Positions 1-13,376 of a stretch of 64,000 nt of DNA are shown piece by piece (within the stretch, counting starts at the first letter, position 1; each line of letters begins with the position of its first letter). The position numbers were made by a program, and so were the translations under genes. The DNA is from Auanema rhodensis (Eukaryota; Animalia; Nematoda): contig CAXKVF010000086.1 in assembly GCA_964057225.1 (NCBI GenBank), positions 124,001 through 188,000 on the forward strand, read 5' to 3'. The notes under the pieces were generated by a model. The model did no database searches. It worked only from the letters and a program-made list of their open reading frames with translations, and was not told the origin of the DNA.

Positions 1-176
1 ACCGCATCTCTTTATCTTTCACGTGAAGCAAGTTACATACCAAGTGCACATCACGTGTACATTTAATTAGCATAAATTAAAGTTCACGTAAATTTCAAAG
101 TCATGGTTACCATGCACCAATATCAATAAAAATTTGTTTTTAGACTAATATGGACATGGGGAATCTAATTTTGAAA

Positions 177-352
177 ACCGCATCTCTTTATCTTTCACGT
201 GAAGCGAGTTACATACCAAGTGCACATCACGTGTACATTTAATTAGCATAAATTAAAGTTCACGTAAATTTCAAAGTCATGGTTACCATGCACCAATATC
301 AATAAAAATTTGTTTTTAGACTAATATGGACATGGGGAATCTAATTTTGAAA
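177..352. repeat. Representative consensus 176-bp monomer (C115 allele), 57/176 G+C, 5 CpG
   Basis: Read and counted by hand. Contains palindromes TTCACGTGAA (monomer 18-27), GTGCAC (44-49), CACGTG (52-57), TGTACA (56-61) and CATGGTTACCATG (102-114). Confidence 0.97.
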
Positions 353-3300
353 ACCGCATCTTTTTATCTTTCACGTGAAGCGAGTTACATACCAAGTGCA
401 CATCACGTATACATTTAATTAGCATAAATTAAAGTTCACGTAAATTTCAAAGTCATGGTTACCATGAACCAATATCAATAAAAATTTGTTTTTAGACTAA
501 TATGGACATGGGGAATCTAATTTTGAAAACCGCATCTCTTTATCTTTCACGTGAAGCGAGTTACATACCAAGTGCACATCACGTGTACATTTAATTAGCA
601 TAAATTAAAGTTCACGTAAATTTCAAAGTCATGGTTACCATGCACCAATATCAATAAAAATTTGTTTTTAGACTAATATGGACATGGGGAATCTAATTTT
701 GAAAACCGCATTTCTTCATCTTTCGCGTGAAGCGAGTTACATACCAAGTGCACATCACGTGTACATTTAATTAGCATAAATTAAAGTTCACGTAAATTTC
801 AAAGTCATGGTTACCATGCACCAATATCAATAAAAATTTGTTTTTAGACTAATATGGACATGGGGAATCTAATTTTGAAAACCGCATCTCTTTATCTTTC
901 ACGTGAAGCGAGTTACATACCAAGTGCACATCACGTGTACATTTAATTAGCATAAATTAAAGTTCACGTAAATTTCAAAGTCATGGTTACCATGCACCAA
1001 TATCAATAAAAATTTGTTTTTAGACTAATATGGACATGGGGAATCTAATTTTGAAAACAGCATCTCTTTATCTTTCACGTGAAGCGAGTTACATACCAAG
1101 TGCACATCACGTGTACATTTAATTAGCATAAATTAAAGTTCACGTAAATTTCAAAGTCATGGTTACCATGAACCAATATCAATAAAAATTTGTTTTTAGA
1201 CTAATATGGACATGGGGAATCTAATTTTGAAAACCGCATCTCTTTATCTTTCACGTGAAGAGAGTTACATACCAAGTGCACATCACGTGTACATTTAATT
1301 AGCATAAATTAAAGTTCACGTAAATTTCAAAGTCATGGTTACCATGCACCAATATCAATAAAAATTTGTTTTTAGACTAATATGGACATGGGGAATCTAA
1401 TTTTGAAAACCGCATCTCTTTATCTTTCACGTGAAGCGAGTTACATACCAAGTGCACATCACGTGTACATTTAATTAGCATAAATTAAAGTTCACGTAAA
1501 TTTCAAATTCATGGTTACCATGAACCAATATCAATAAAAAGTTGTTTTTAGACTAATATGGACATGGGGAATCTAATTTTGAAAACCGCATCTCTTTATC
1601 TTTCACGTGAAGAGAGTTACATACCAAGTGCACATCACGTGTACATTTAATTAGCATAAATTAAAGTTCACGTAAATTTCAAAGTCATGGTTACCATGCA
1701 CCAATATCAATAAAAATTTGTTTTTAGACTAATATGGACATGGGGAATCTAATTTTGAAAACCGCATCTCTTTATCTTTCACGTGAAGCGAGTTACATAC
1801 CAAGTGCACATCACGTGAACATTTAATTAGCATAAATTAAAGTTCACGTAAATTTCAAAGTCATGGTTACCATGCACCAATATCAATAAAAATTTGTTTT
1901 TGGACTAATATGGACATGGGGAATCTAATTTTGAAAACCGCATCTCTTTATCTTTCACGTGAAGCGAGTTACATACCAAGTGCACATCACGTGTACATTT
2001 AATTAGCATAAATTAAAGTTCACGTAAATTTCAAAGTCATGGTTACCATGCACCAATATCAATAAAAATTTGTTTTTAGACTAATATGGACATGGGGAAT
2101 CTAATTTTGAAAACCGCATCTCTTTATCTTTCACGTGAAGCGAGTTACATACCAAGTGCACATCACGTATACATTTAATTAGCATAAATTAAAGTTCACG
2201 TAAATTTCAAAGTCATGGTTACCATGAACCAATATCAATAAAAATTTGTTTTTAGACTAATATGGACATGGGGAATCTAATTTTGAAAACCGCATCTCTT
2301 TATCTTTCACGTGAAGCGAGTTACATACCAAGTGCACATCACGTGTACATTTAATTAGCATAAATTAAAGTTCACGTAAATTTCAAAGTCATGGTTACCA
2401 TGCACCAATATCAATAAAAATTTGTTTTTAGACTAATATGGACATGGGGAATCTAATTTTGAAAACCGCATCTCTTCATCTTTCACGTGAAGCGAGTTAC
2501 ATACCAAGTGCACATCACGTGTACATTTAATTAGCATAAATTAAAGTTCACGTAAATTTCAAAGTCATGGTTACCATGCACCAATATCAATAAAAATTTG
2601 TTTTTAGACTAATATGGACATGGGGAATCTAATTTGGAAAACCGCATCTTTTTATCTTTCACGTGAAGCGAGTTACATACCAAGTGCACATCACGTGTAC
2701 ATTTAATTAGCATAAATTAAAGTTCACGTAAATTTCAAAGTCATGGTTACCATGCACCAATATCAATAAAAATTTGTTTTTAGACTAATATGGACATGGG
2801 AAATCTAATTTTGAAAACCGCATCTCTTTATCTTTCACGTGAAGCGAGTTACATACCAAGTGCACATCACGTGTACATTTAATTAGCATAAATTAAAGTT
2901 CACGTAAATTTCAAAGTCATGGTTACCATGCACCAATATCAATAAAAATTTGTTTTTAGACTAATATGGACATGGGGAATCTAATTTTGAAAACCGCATC
3001 TCTTCATCTTTCACGTGAAGCGAGTTGCATACCAAGTGCACATCACGTGTACATTTAATTAGCATAAATTAAAGTTCACGTAAATTTCAAAGTCATGGTT
3101 ACCATGCACCAATATCAATAAAAATTTGTTTTTAGACTAATATGGACATGGGGAATCTAATTTTGAAAACCGCATCTCTTTATCTTTCACGTGAAGCGAG
3201 TTACATACCAAGTGCACATCACGTGTACATTTAATTAGCATAAATTAAAGTTCACGTAAATTTTAAAGTCATGGTTACCATGAACCAATATCAATAAAAA

Positions 3301-6300
3301 TTTGTTTTTAGACTAATATGGACATGGGGAATCTAATATTGAAAACCGCATCTCTTTATCTTTCACGTGAAGCGAGTTACATACCAAGTGCACATCACGT
3401 GTACATTTAATTAGCATAAATTAAAGTTCACGTAAATTTCAAAGTCATGGTTACCATGCACCAATATAAATAAAAATTTGTTTTTAGACTAATATGGACA
3501 TGGGGAATCTAATTTTGAAAACCGCATCTCTTTATCTTTCACGTGAAGCGAGTTATATACCAAGTGCACATCACGTGTACATTTAATTAGCATAAATTAA
3601 AGTTCACGTAAATTTCAAAGTCATGGTTACCATGAAGCAATATCAATAAAAATTTGTTTTTAGACTAATATGGACATGGGGAATCTAATTTTGAAAACCG
3701 CATCTCTTTATCTCTCACGTGAAGCGAGTTACATACCAAGTGCACATCACGTGTACATTTAATTAGCATAAATTAAAGTTCACGTAAATTTCAAAGTCAT
3801 GGTTACCATGAACCAATATCAATAAAAATTTGTTTTTAGACTAATATGGACATGGGGAATCTAATTTTGAAAACCGCATCTCTTTATCTTTCACGTGAAG
3901 CGAGTTACATACCAAGTGCACATCACGTGTACATTTAATTAGCATAAATTAAAGTTCACGTAAATTTCAAAGTCATGGTTACCATGCACCAATATCAATA
4001 AAAATTTGTTTTTAGACTAATATGGACATGGGGAATCTAATTTTGAAAACCGCATCTCTTTATCTTTCACGTGAAGCGAGTTACATACCAAGTGCACATC
4101 ACGTGTACATTTAATTAGCATAAATTAAAGTTCACGTAAATTTCAAAGTCATGGTTACCATGAACCAATATCAACAAAAATTTGTTTTTAGACTAATATG
4201 GACATGGGGAATCTAATTTTGAAAACCGCATCTCTTTATCTTTCACGTGAAGCGAGTTACATACCAAGTGCACATCACGTATACATTTAATTAGCATAAA
4301 TTAAAGTTCACGTAAATTTCAAAGTCATGGTTACCATGAACCAATATCAATAAAAATTTGTTTTTAGACTAATATGGACATGGGGAATCTAATTTTGAAA
4401 ACCGCATCTCTTTATCTTTCACGTGAAGCGAGTTACATACCAAGTGCACATCACGTGTACATTTAATTAGCATAAATTAAAGTTCACGTAAATTTCAAAG
4501 TCATGGTTACCATGCACCAATATCAATAAAAATTTGTTTTTAGACTAATATGGACATGGGGAATCTAATTTTAAAAACCGCATCTCTTCATCTTTCACGT
4601 GAAGCGAGTTACATACCAAGTGCACATCACGTGTACATTTAATTAGCATAAATTAAAGTTCACGTAAATTTCAAAGTCATGGTTACCATGCACCAATATC
4701 AATAAAAATTTGTTTTTAGACTAATATGGACATGGGGAATCTAATTTTGAAAACCGCATCTCTTTATCTTTCACGTGAAGCGAGTTACATACCAAGTGCA
4801 CATCACGTGTACATTTAATTAGCATAAATTAAAGTTCACGTAAATTTCAAAGTCATGGTTACCATGCACCAATATCAATAAAAATTTGTTTTTAGACTAA
4901 TATGGACATGGGGAATCTAATTTTGAAAACCGCATCTCTTTATCTTTCACGTGAAGCGAGTTACATACCAAGTGCACATCACGTGTACATTTAATTAGCA
5001 TAAATTAAAGTTCACGTAAATTTCAAAGTCATGGTTACCATGAACCAATATCAATAAAAATTTGTTTTTAGACTAATATGGACATGGGGAATCTAATTTT
5101 GAAAACCGCATCTCTTTATTTTTCACGTGAAACGAGTTACATACCAAGTGCACATCACGTGTACATTTAATTAGCATAAATTAAAGTTCACGTAAATTTC
5201 AAAGTCATGGTTACCATGAACCAATATCAATAAAAATTTGTTTTTAGACTAATATGGACATGGGGAATCTAATTTTGAAAACCGCATCTCTTTATCTTTC
5301 ACGTGAAGCGAGTTACATACCAAGTGCACATCACGTGTACATTTAATTAGCATAAATTAAAGTTCACGTAAATTTCAAAGTCATGGTTACCATGCACCAA
5401 TATCAATAAAAATTTGTTTTTAGACTAATATGGACATGGGGAATCTAATTTTGAAAACCGCATCTCTTCATCTTTCACGTGAAGCGAGTTACATACCAAG
5501 TGCACATCACGTGTACATTTAATTAGCATAAATTAAAGTTCACGTAAATTTCAAAGTCATGGTTACCATTCACCAATATCAATAAAAATTTGTTTTTAGA
5601 CTAATATGGACATGGGGAATCTAATTTTGAAAACCGCATCTCTTCATCTTTTACGTGAAGCGAGTTACATACCAAGTGCACATCACGTGTACATTTAATT
5701 AGCATAAATTAAAGTTCACGTAAATTTCAAAGTCATGGTTACCATGAACCAATATCAATAAAAATTTGTTTTTAGACTAATATGGACATGGGGAATCTAA
5801 TTTTGAAAACCGCATCTCTTTATCTTTCACGTGAAGCGAGTTATATACCAAGTGCACATCACGTGTACATTTAATTAGCATAAATTAAAGTACACGTAAA
5901 TTTCAAAGTCATGGTTACCATGAACCAATATCAATAAAAATTTGTTTTTAGACTAATATGGACATGGGGAATCTAATTTTGAAAACCGCATCTCTTTATC
6001 TTTCACGTGAAGCGAGTTACATACCAAGTGCACATCACGTGTACATTTAATTAGCATAAATTAAAGTTCACGTAAATTTCAAAGTCATGGTTACCATGCA
6101 CCAATATCAATAAAAATTTGTTTTTAGACTAATATGGACATGGGGAATCTAATTTTGAAAACCGCATCTCTTTATCTTTCACGTGAAGCGAGTTACATAC
6201 CAAGTGCACATCACGTGTACATTTAATTAGCATAAATTAAAGTTCACGTAAATTTCAAAGTCATGGTTACCATGAACCAATATCAATAAAAATTTGTTTT

Positions 6301-9300
6301 TAGACTAATATGGACATGGGGAATCTAATTTTGAAAACCGCATCTCTTTATCTTTCACGTGAAGCGAGTTACATACCAAGTGCACATCACGTGTACATTT
6401 AATTAGCATAAATTAAAGTTCACGTAAATTTCAAAGTCATGGTTACCATGCACCAATATCAATAAAAATTTGTTTTTAGACTAATATGGACATGGGGAAT
6501 CTAATTTTGAAAACCGCATCTCTTTATCTTTCACGTGAAGCGAGTTACATACCAAGTGCACATCACGTGTACATTTAATTAGCATAAATTAAAGTTCACG
6601 TAAATTTCAAAGTCATGGTTACCATGAACCAATATCAATAAAAATTTGTTTTTAGACTAATATGGACATGGGGAATCTAATTTTGAAAACCGCATCTCTT
6701 TATCTTTCACGTGAAGCGAGTTACATACCAAGTGCACATCACGTGTACATTTAATTAGCATAAATTAAAGTTCACGTAAATTTCAAAGTCATGGTTACCA
6801 TGCACCAATATCAATAAAAATTTGTTTTTAGACTAATATGGACATGGGGGATCTAATTTTGAAAACCGCATCTCTTTATCTTTCACGTGAAGCGAGTTAC
6901 ATACCAAGTGCACATCACGTGTACATTTAATTAGCATAAATTAAAGTTCACGTAAATTTCAAAGTCATGGTTACCATGCACCAATATCAATAAAAATTTG
7001 TTTTTAGACTAATATGGACATGGGGAATCTAATTTTGAAAACCACATCTCTTTATCTTTCACGTGAAGCGAGTTACATACCAAGTGCACATCACGTGTAC
7101 ATTTAATTAGCATAAATTAAAGTTCACGTAAATTTCAAAGTCATGGTTACCATGAAGCAATATCAATAAAAATTTGTTTTTAGACTAATATGGACATGGG
7201 GAATCTAATTTTGAAAACCGCATCTCTTTATCTTTCACGTGAAGCGAGTTACATACCAAGTGCACATCACGTGTACATTTAATTAGCATAAATTAAAGTT
7301 CACGTAAATTTCAAAGTCATGGTTACCATGAACCAATATCAATAAAAATTTGTTTTTAGACTAATATGGACATGGGGAATCTAATTTTGAAAACCGCATC
7401 TCTTTATCTTTCACGTGAAGCGAGTTACATACCAAGTGCACATCACGTGTACATTTAATTAGCATAAATTAAAGTTCACGTAAATTTCAAAGTCATGGTT
7501 ACCATGAACCAATATCAATAAAAATTTGTTTTTAGACTAATATGGACATGGGGAATCTAATTTTGAAAACCGCATCTCTTTATCTTTCACGTGAAGCGAG
7601 TTACATACCAAGTGCACATCACGTGTACATTTAATTAGCATAAATTAAAGTTCACGTAAAATTCAAAGTCATGGTTACCATGCACCAATATCAATAAAAA
7701 TTTGTTTTTAGACTAATATGGACATGGGGAATCTAATTTTGAAAACCGCATCTCTTTATCTTTCACGTGAAGCGAGTTACATACCAAGTGCACATCACGT
7801 GTACATTTAATTAGCATAAATTAAAGTTCACGTAAATTTCAAAGTCATGGTTACCATGAACCAATATCAATAAAAATTTGTTTTTAGACTAATATGGACA
7901 TGGGGAATCTAATTTTGAAAACCGCATCTCTTTATCTTTCACGTGAAGCGAGTTACATACCAAGTGCACATCACGTGTACATTTAATTAGCATAAATTAA
8001 AGTTCACGTAAACTTCAAAGTCATGGTTACCATGAAGCAATATCAATAAAAATTTGTTTTTAGACTAATATGGACATGGGGAATCTAATTTTGAAAACCG
8101 CATCTCTCTATCTTTCACGTGAAGCGAGTTACATACCAAGTGCACATCACGTGTACATTTAATTAGCATAAATTAAAGTTCACGTAAATTTCAAAGTCAT
8201 GGTTACCATGAACCAATATCAATAAAAATTTGTTTTTAGACTAATATAGACATGGGGAATCTAATTTTGAAAACCGCATCTCTTTATCTTTCACGTGAAG
8301 CGAGTTACATACCAAGTGCACATCACGTGTACATTTAATTAGCATAAATTAAAGTTCACGTAAATTTCAAAGTCATGGTTACCATGAAGCAATATCAATA
8401 AAAATTTGTTTTTAGACTAATATGGACATGGGGAATCTAATTTTGAAAACCGCATCTCTTTATCTTTCACGTGAAGCGAGTTACATACCAAGTGCACATC
8501 ACGTGTACATTTAATTAGCATAAATTAAAGTTCACGTAAATTTCAAAGTCATGGTTACCATGAACCAATATCAATAAAAATTTGTTTTTAGACTAATATG
8601 GACATGGGGAATCTAATTTTGAAAACCGCATCTCTTTATCTTTCACGTGAAGCGAGTTACATACCAAGTGCACATCACGTGTACATTTAATTAGCATAAA
8701 TTAAAGTTCACGTAAATTTCAAAGTCATGGTTACCATGAACCAATATCAATAAAAATTTGTTTTTAGACTAATATGGACATGGGGAATCTAATTTTGAAA
8801 ACCGCATCTCTTTATCTTTCACGTGAAGCGAGTTACATACCAAGTGCACATCACGTGTACATTTAATTAGCATAAATTAAAGTTCACGTAAATTTCAAAG
8901 TCATGGTTACCATGCACCAATATCAATAAAAATTTGTTTTTAGACTAATATGGACATGGGGAATCTAATTTTAAAAACCGCATCTCTTTATCTTTCACGT
9001 GAAGCGAGTTACATACCAAGTGCACATCACGTGTACATTTAATTAGCATAAATTAAAGTTCACGTAAATTTCAAAGTCATGGTTACCATGAACCAATATC
9101 AATAAAAATTTGTTTTTAGACTAATATGGACATGGGGAATCTAATTTTGAAAACCGCATCTCTTTATCTTTCACGTGAAGCGAGTTACATACCAAGTGCA
9201 CATCACGTGTACATTTAATTAGCATAAATTAAAGTTCACGTAAATTTCAAAGTCATGGTTACCATGAACCAATATCAATAAAAATTTGTTTTTAGACTAA

Positions 9301-12300
9301 TATGGACATGGGGAATCTAATTTTGAAAACCGCATCTCTTTATCTTTCACGTGAAGCGAGTTACATACCAAGTGCACATCACGTGTACATTTAATTAGCA
9401 TAAATTAAAGTTCACGTAAATTTCAAAGTCATGGTTACCATGAACCAATATCAATAAAAATTTGTTTTTAGACTAATATGGACATGTGGAATCTAATTTT
9501 GAAAACCGCATCTCTTTATCTTTCACGTGAAGCGAGTTACATACCAAGTGCACATCACGTGTATATTTAATTAGCATAAATTAAAGTTCACGTAAATTTC
9601 AAAGTCATGGTTACCATGCACCAATATCAATAAAAATTTGTTTTTAGACTAATATGGACATGGGGAATCTAATTTTGAAAACCGCATCTCTTTATCTTTC
9701 ACGTGAAGCGAGTTACATACCAAGTGCACATCACGTGTACATTTAATTAGCATAAATTAAAGTTCACGTAAATTTCAAAGTCATGGTTACCATGAACCAA
9801 TATCAATAAAAATTTGTTTTTAGACTAATATGGACATGGGGAATCTAATTTTGAAAACCGCATCTCTTTATCTTTCACGTGAAGCGAGTTACATACCAAG
9901 TGCACATCACGTGTACATTTAATTAGCATAAATTAAAGTTCACGTAAATTTCAAAGTCATGGTTACCATGAACCAATATCAATAAAAATTTGTTTTTAGA
10001 CTAATATGGACATGTGGAATCTAATTTTGAAAACCGCATCTCTTTATCTTTCACGTGAAGCGAGTTACATACCAAGTGCACATCACGTGTACATTTAATT
10101 AGCATAAATTAAAGTTCACGTAAATTTCAAAGTCATGGTTACCATGCACCAATATCAATAAAAATTTGTTTTTAGACTAATATGGACATGGGGAATCTAA
10201 TTTTGAAAACCGCATCTCTTTATCTTTCACGTGAAGCGAGTTACATACCAAGTGCACATCACGTGTACATTTAATTAGCATAAATTAAAGTTCACGTAAA
10301 TTTCAAAGTCATGGTTACCATGAACCTATATCAATAAAAATTTGTTTTTAGACTAATATGGACATGGGGAATCTAATTTTGAAAACCGCATCTCTTTATC
10401 TTTCACGTGAAGCGAGTTACATACCAAGTGCACATCACGTGTACATTTAATTAGCATAAATTAAAGTTCACGTAAATTTCAAAGTCATGGTTACCATGAA
10501 CCAATATCAATAAAAATTTGTTTTTAGACTAATATGGACATGGGGAATCTAATTTTGAAAACCGCATCTCTTTATCTTTCACGTGAAGCGAGTTACATAC
10601 CAAGTGCACATCACGTGTACATTTAATTAGCATAAATTAAAGTTCACGTAAATTTCAAAGTCATGGTTACCATGAACCAATATCAATAAAAATTTGTTTT
10701 TAGACTAATATGGACATGGGGAATCTAATTTTGAAAACCGCATCTCTTTATCTTTCACGTGAAGCGAGTTACATACCAAGTGCACATCACGTGTACATTT
10801 AATTAGCATAAATTAAAGTTCACGTAAATTTCAAAGTCATGGTTACCATGAACCAATATCAATAAAAATTTGTTTTTAGACTAATATGGACATGGGGAAT
10901 CTAATTTTGAAAACCGCATCTCTTTATCTTTCACGTGAAGCGAGTTACATACCAAGTGCACATCACGTGTACATTTAATTAGCATAAATTAAAGTTCACG
11001 TAAATTTCAAAGTCATGGTTACCATGAACCAATATCAATAAAAATTTGTTTTTAGACTAATATGGACATGGGGAATCTAATTTTGAAAACCGCATCTCTT
11101 TATCTTTCACGTGAAGCGAGTTACATACCAAGTGCACATCACGTGTACATTTAATTAGCATAAATTAAAGTTCACGTAAATTTCAAAGTCATGGTTACCA
11201 TGAACCAATATCAATAAAAATTTGTTTTTAGACTAATATGGACATGGGGAATCTGATTTTGAAAACCGCATCTCTTTATCTTTCACGTGAAGCGAGTTAC
11301 ATACCAAGTGCACATCACGTGTACATTTAATTAGCATAAATTAAAGTTCACGTAAATTTCAAAGTCATGGTTACCATGAACCAATATCAATAAAAATTTG
11401 TTTTTAGACTAATATGGACATGGGGAATCTAATTTTGAAAACCGCATCTCTTTATCTTTCACGTGAAGCGAGTTACATACCAAGTGCACATCACGTGTAC
11501 ATTTAATTAGCATAAATTAAAGTTCACGTAAATTTCAAAGTCATGGTTACCATGAACCTATATCAATAAAAATTTGTTTTTAGACTAATATGGACATGGG
11601 GAATCTAATTTTGAAAACCGCATCTCTTTATCTTTCACGTGAAGCGAGTTACATACCAAGTGCACATCACGTGTACATTTAATTAGCATAAATTAAAGTT
11701 CACGTAAATTTCAAAGTCATGGTTACCATGCACCAATATCAATAAAAATTTGTTTTTAGACTAATATGGACATGGGGAATCTAATTTTGAAAACCGCATC
11801 TCTTTATCTTTCACGTGAAGCGAGTTACATACCAAGTGCACATCACGTGTACATTTAATTAGCATAAATTAAAGTTCACGTAAATTTCAAAGTCATGGTT
11901 ACCATGAACCTATATCAATAAAAATTTGTTTTTAGACTAATATGGACATGGGGAATCTAATTTTGAGAACCGCATCTCTTTATCTTTCACGTGAAGCGAG
12001 TTACATACCAAGTGCACATCACGTGTACATTTAATTAGCATAAATTAAAGTTCACGTAAATTTCAAAGTCATGGTTACCATGCACCAATATCAATAAAAA
12101 TTTGTTTTTAGACTAATATGGACATGGGGAATCTAATTTTGAAAACCGCATCTCTTTATCTTTCACGTGAAGCGAGTTACATACCAAGTGCACATCACGT
12201 GTACATTTAATTAGCATAAATTAAAGTTCACGTAAATTTCAAAGTCATGGTTACCATGAACCAATATCAATAAAAATTTGTTTTTAGACTAATATGGACA

Positions 12301-13376
12301 TGGGGAATCTAATTTTGAAAACCGCATCTCTTTATCTTTCACGTGAAGCGAGTTACATACCAAGTGCACATCACGTGTACATTTAATTAGCATAAATTAA
12401 AGTTCACGTAAATTTCAAAGTCATGGTTACCATGAACCAATATCAATAAAAATTTGTTTTTAGACTAATATGGACATGGGGAATCTAATTTTGAAAACCG
12501 CATCTCTTTATCTTTCACGTGAAGCGAGTTACATACCAAGTGCACATCACGTGTACATTTAATTAGCATAAATTAAAGTTCACGTAAATTTCAAAGTCAT
12601 GGTTACCATGAACCTATATCAATAAAAATTTGTTTTTAGACTAATATGGACATGGGGAATCTAATTTTGAAAACCGCATCTCTTTATCTTTCACGTGAAG
12701 CGAGTTACATACCAAGTGCACATCACGTGTACATTTAATTAGCATAAATTAAAGTTCACGTAAATTTCAAAGTCATGGTTACCATGCACCAATATCAATA
12801 AAAATTTGTTTTTAGACTAATATGGACATGGGGAATCTAATTTTGAAAACCGCATCTCTTTATCTTTCACGTGAAGCGAGTTACATACCAAGTGCACATT
12901 ACGTGTACATTTAATTAGCATAAATTAAAGTTCACGTAAATTTCAAAGTCATGGTTACCATGAACCTATATCAATAAAAATTTGTTTTTAGACTAATATG
13001 GACATGGGGAATCTAATTTTGAAAACCGCATCTCTTTATCTTTCACGTGAAGCGAGTTACATACCAAGTGCACATCACGTGTACATTTAATTAGCATAAA
13101 TTAAAGTTCACGTAAATTTCAAAGTCATGGTTACCATGAAGCAATATCAATAAAAATTTGTTTTTAGACTAATATGGACATGGGGAATCTAATTTTGAAA
13201 ACCGCATCTCTTTATCTTTCACGTGAAGCGAGTTACATACCAAGTGCACATCACGTGTACATTTAATTAGCATAAATTAAAGTTCACGTAAATTTCAAAG
13301 TCATGGTTACCATGAACCAATATCAATAAAAATTTGTTTTTAGACTAATATAGACATGGGGAATCTAATTTTGAAA

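Noticed and set aside
125-130. AATAAA polyadenylation signal or promoter-like AT motifs
   Set aside because: Expected by chance in 68% AT DNA, with no associated gene.
1-176. Tandem 5S rRNA, tRNA, snRNA or spliced-leader gene array
   Set aside because: I recognise no conserved 5S, tRNA or snRNA motifs or Pol III A/B/C boxes, and there is no gene-versus-spacer contrast in variation. An Infernal/Rfam scan would be decisive.
1-176. Assignment to known satellites of similar length (Brassica CentBr, honeybee AluI family, Arabidopsis CEN178, primate alpha satellite)
   Set aside because: Only the length is similar. The consensus has no AGCT or AAGCTT site and no CENP-B box (TTCGNNNNANNCGGG), and I recognise no sequence similarity. 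A database search is needed.
50-176. Budding-yeast point centromere (CDEI-CDEII-CDEIII)
   Set aside because: Only the CDEI-like 8-mer matches. The following DNA is not a >90% AT CDEII, no convincing CDEIII is present, and point centromeres are not tandem arrays.
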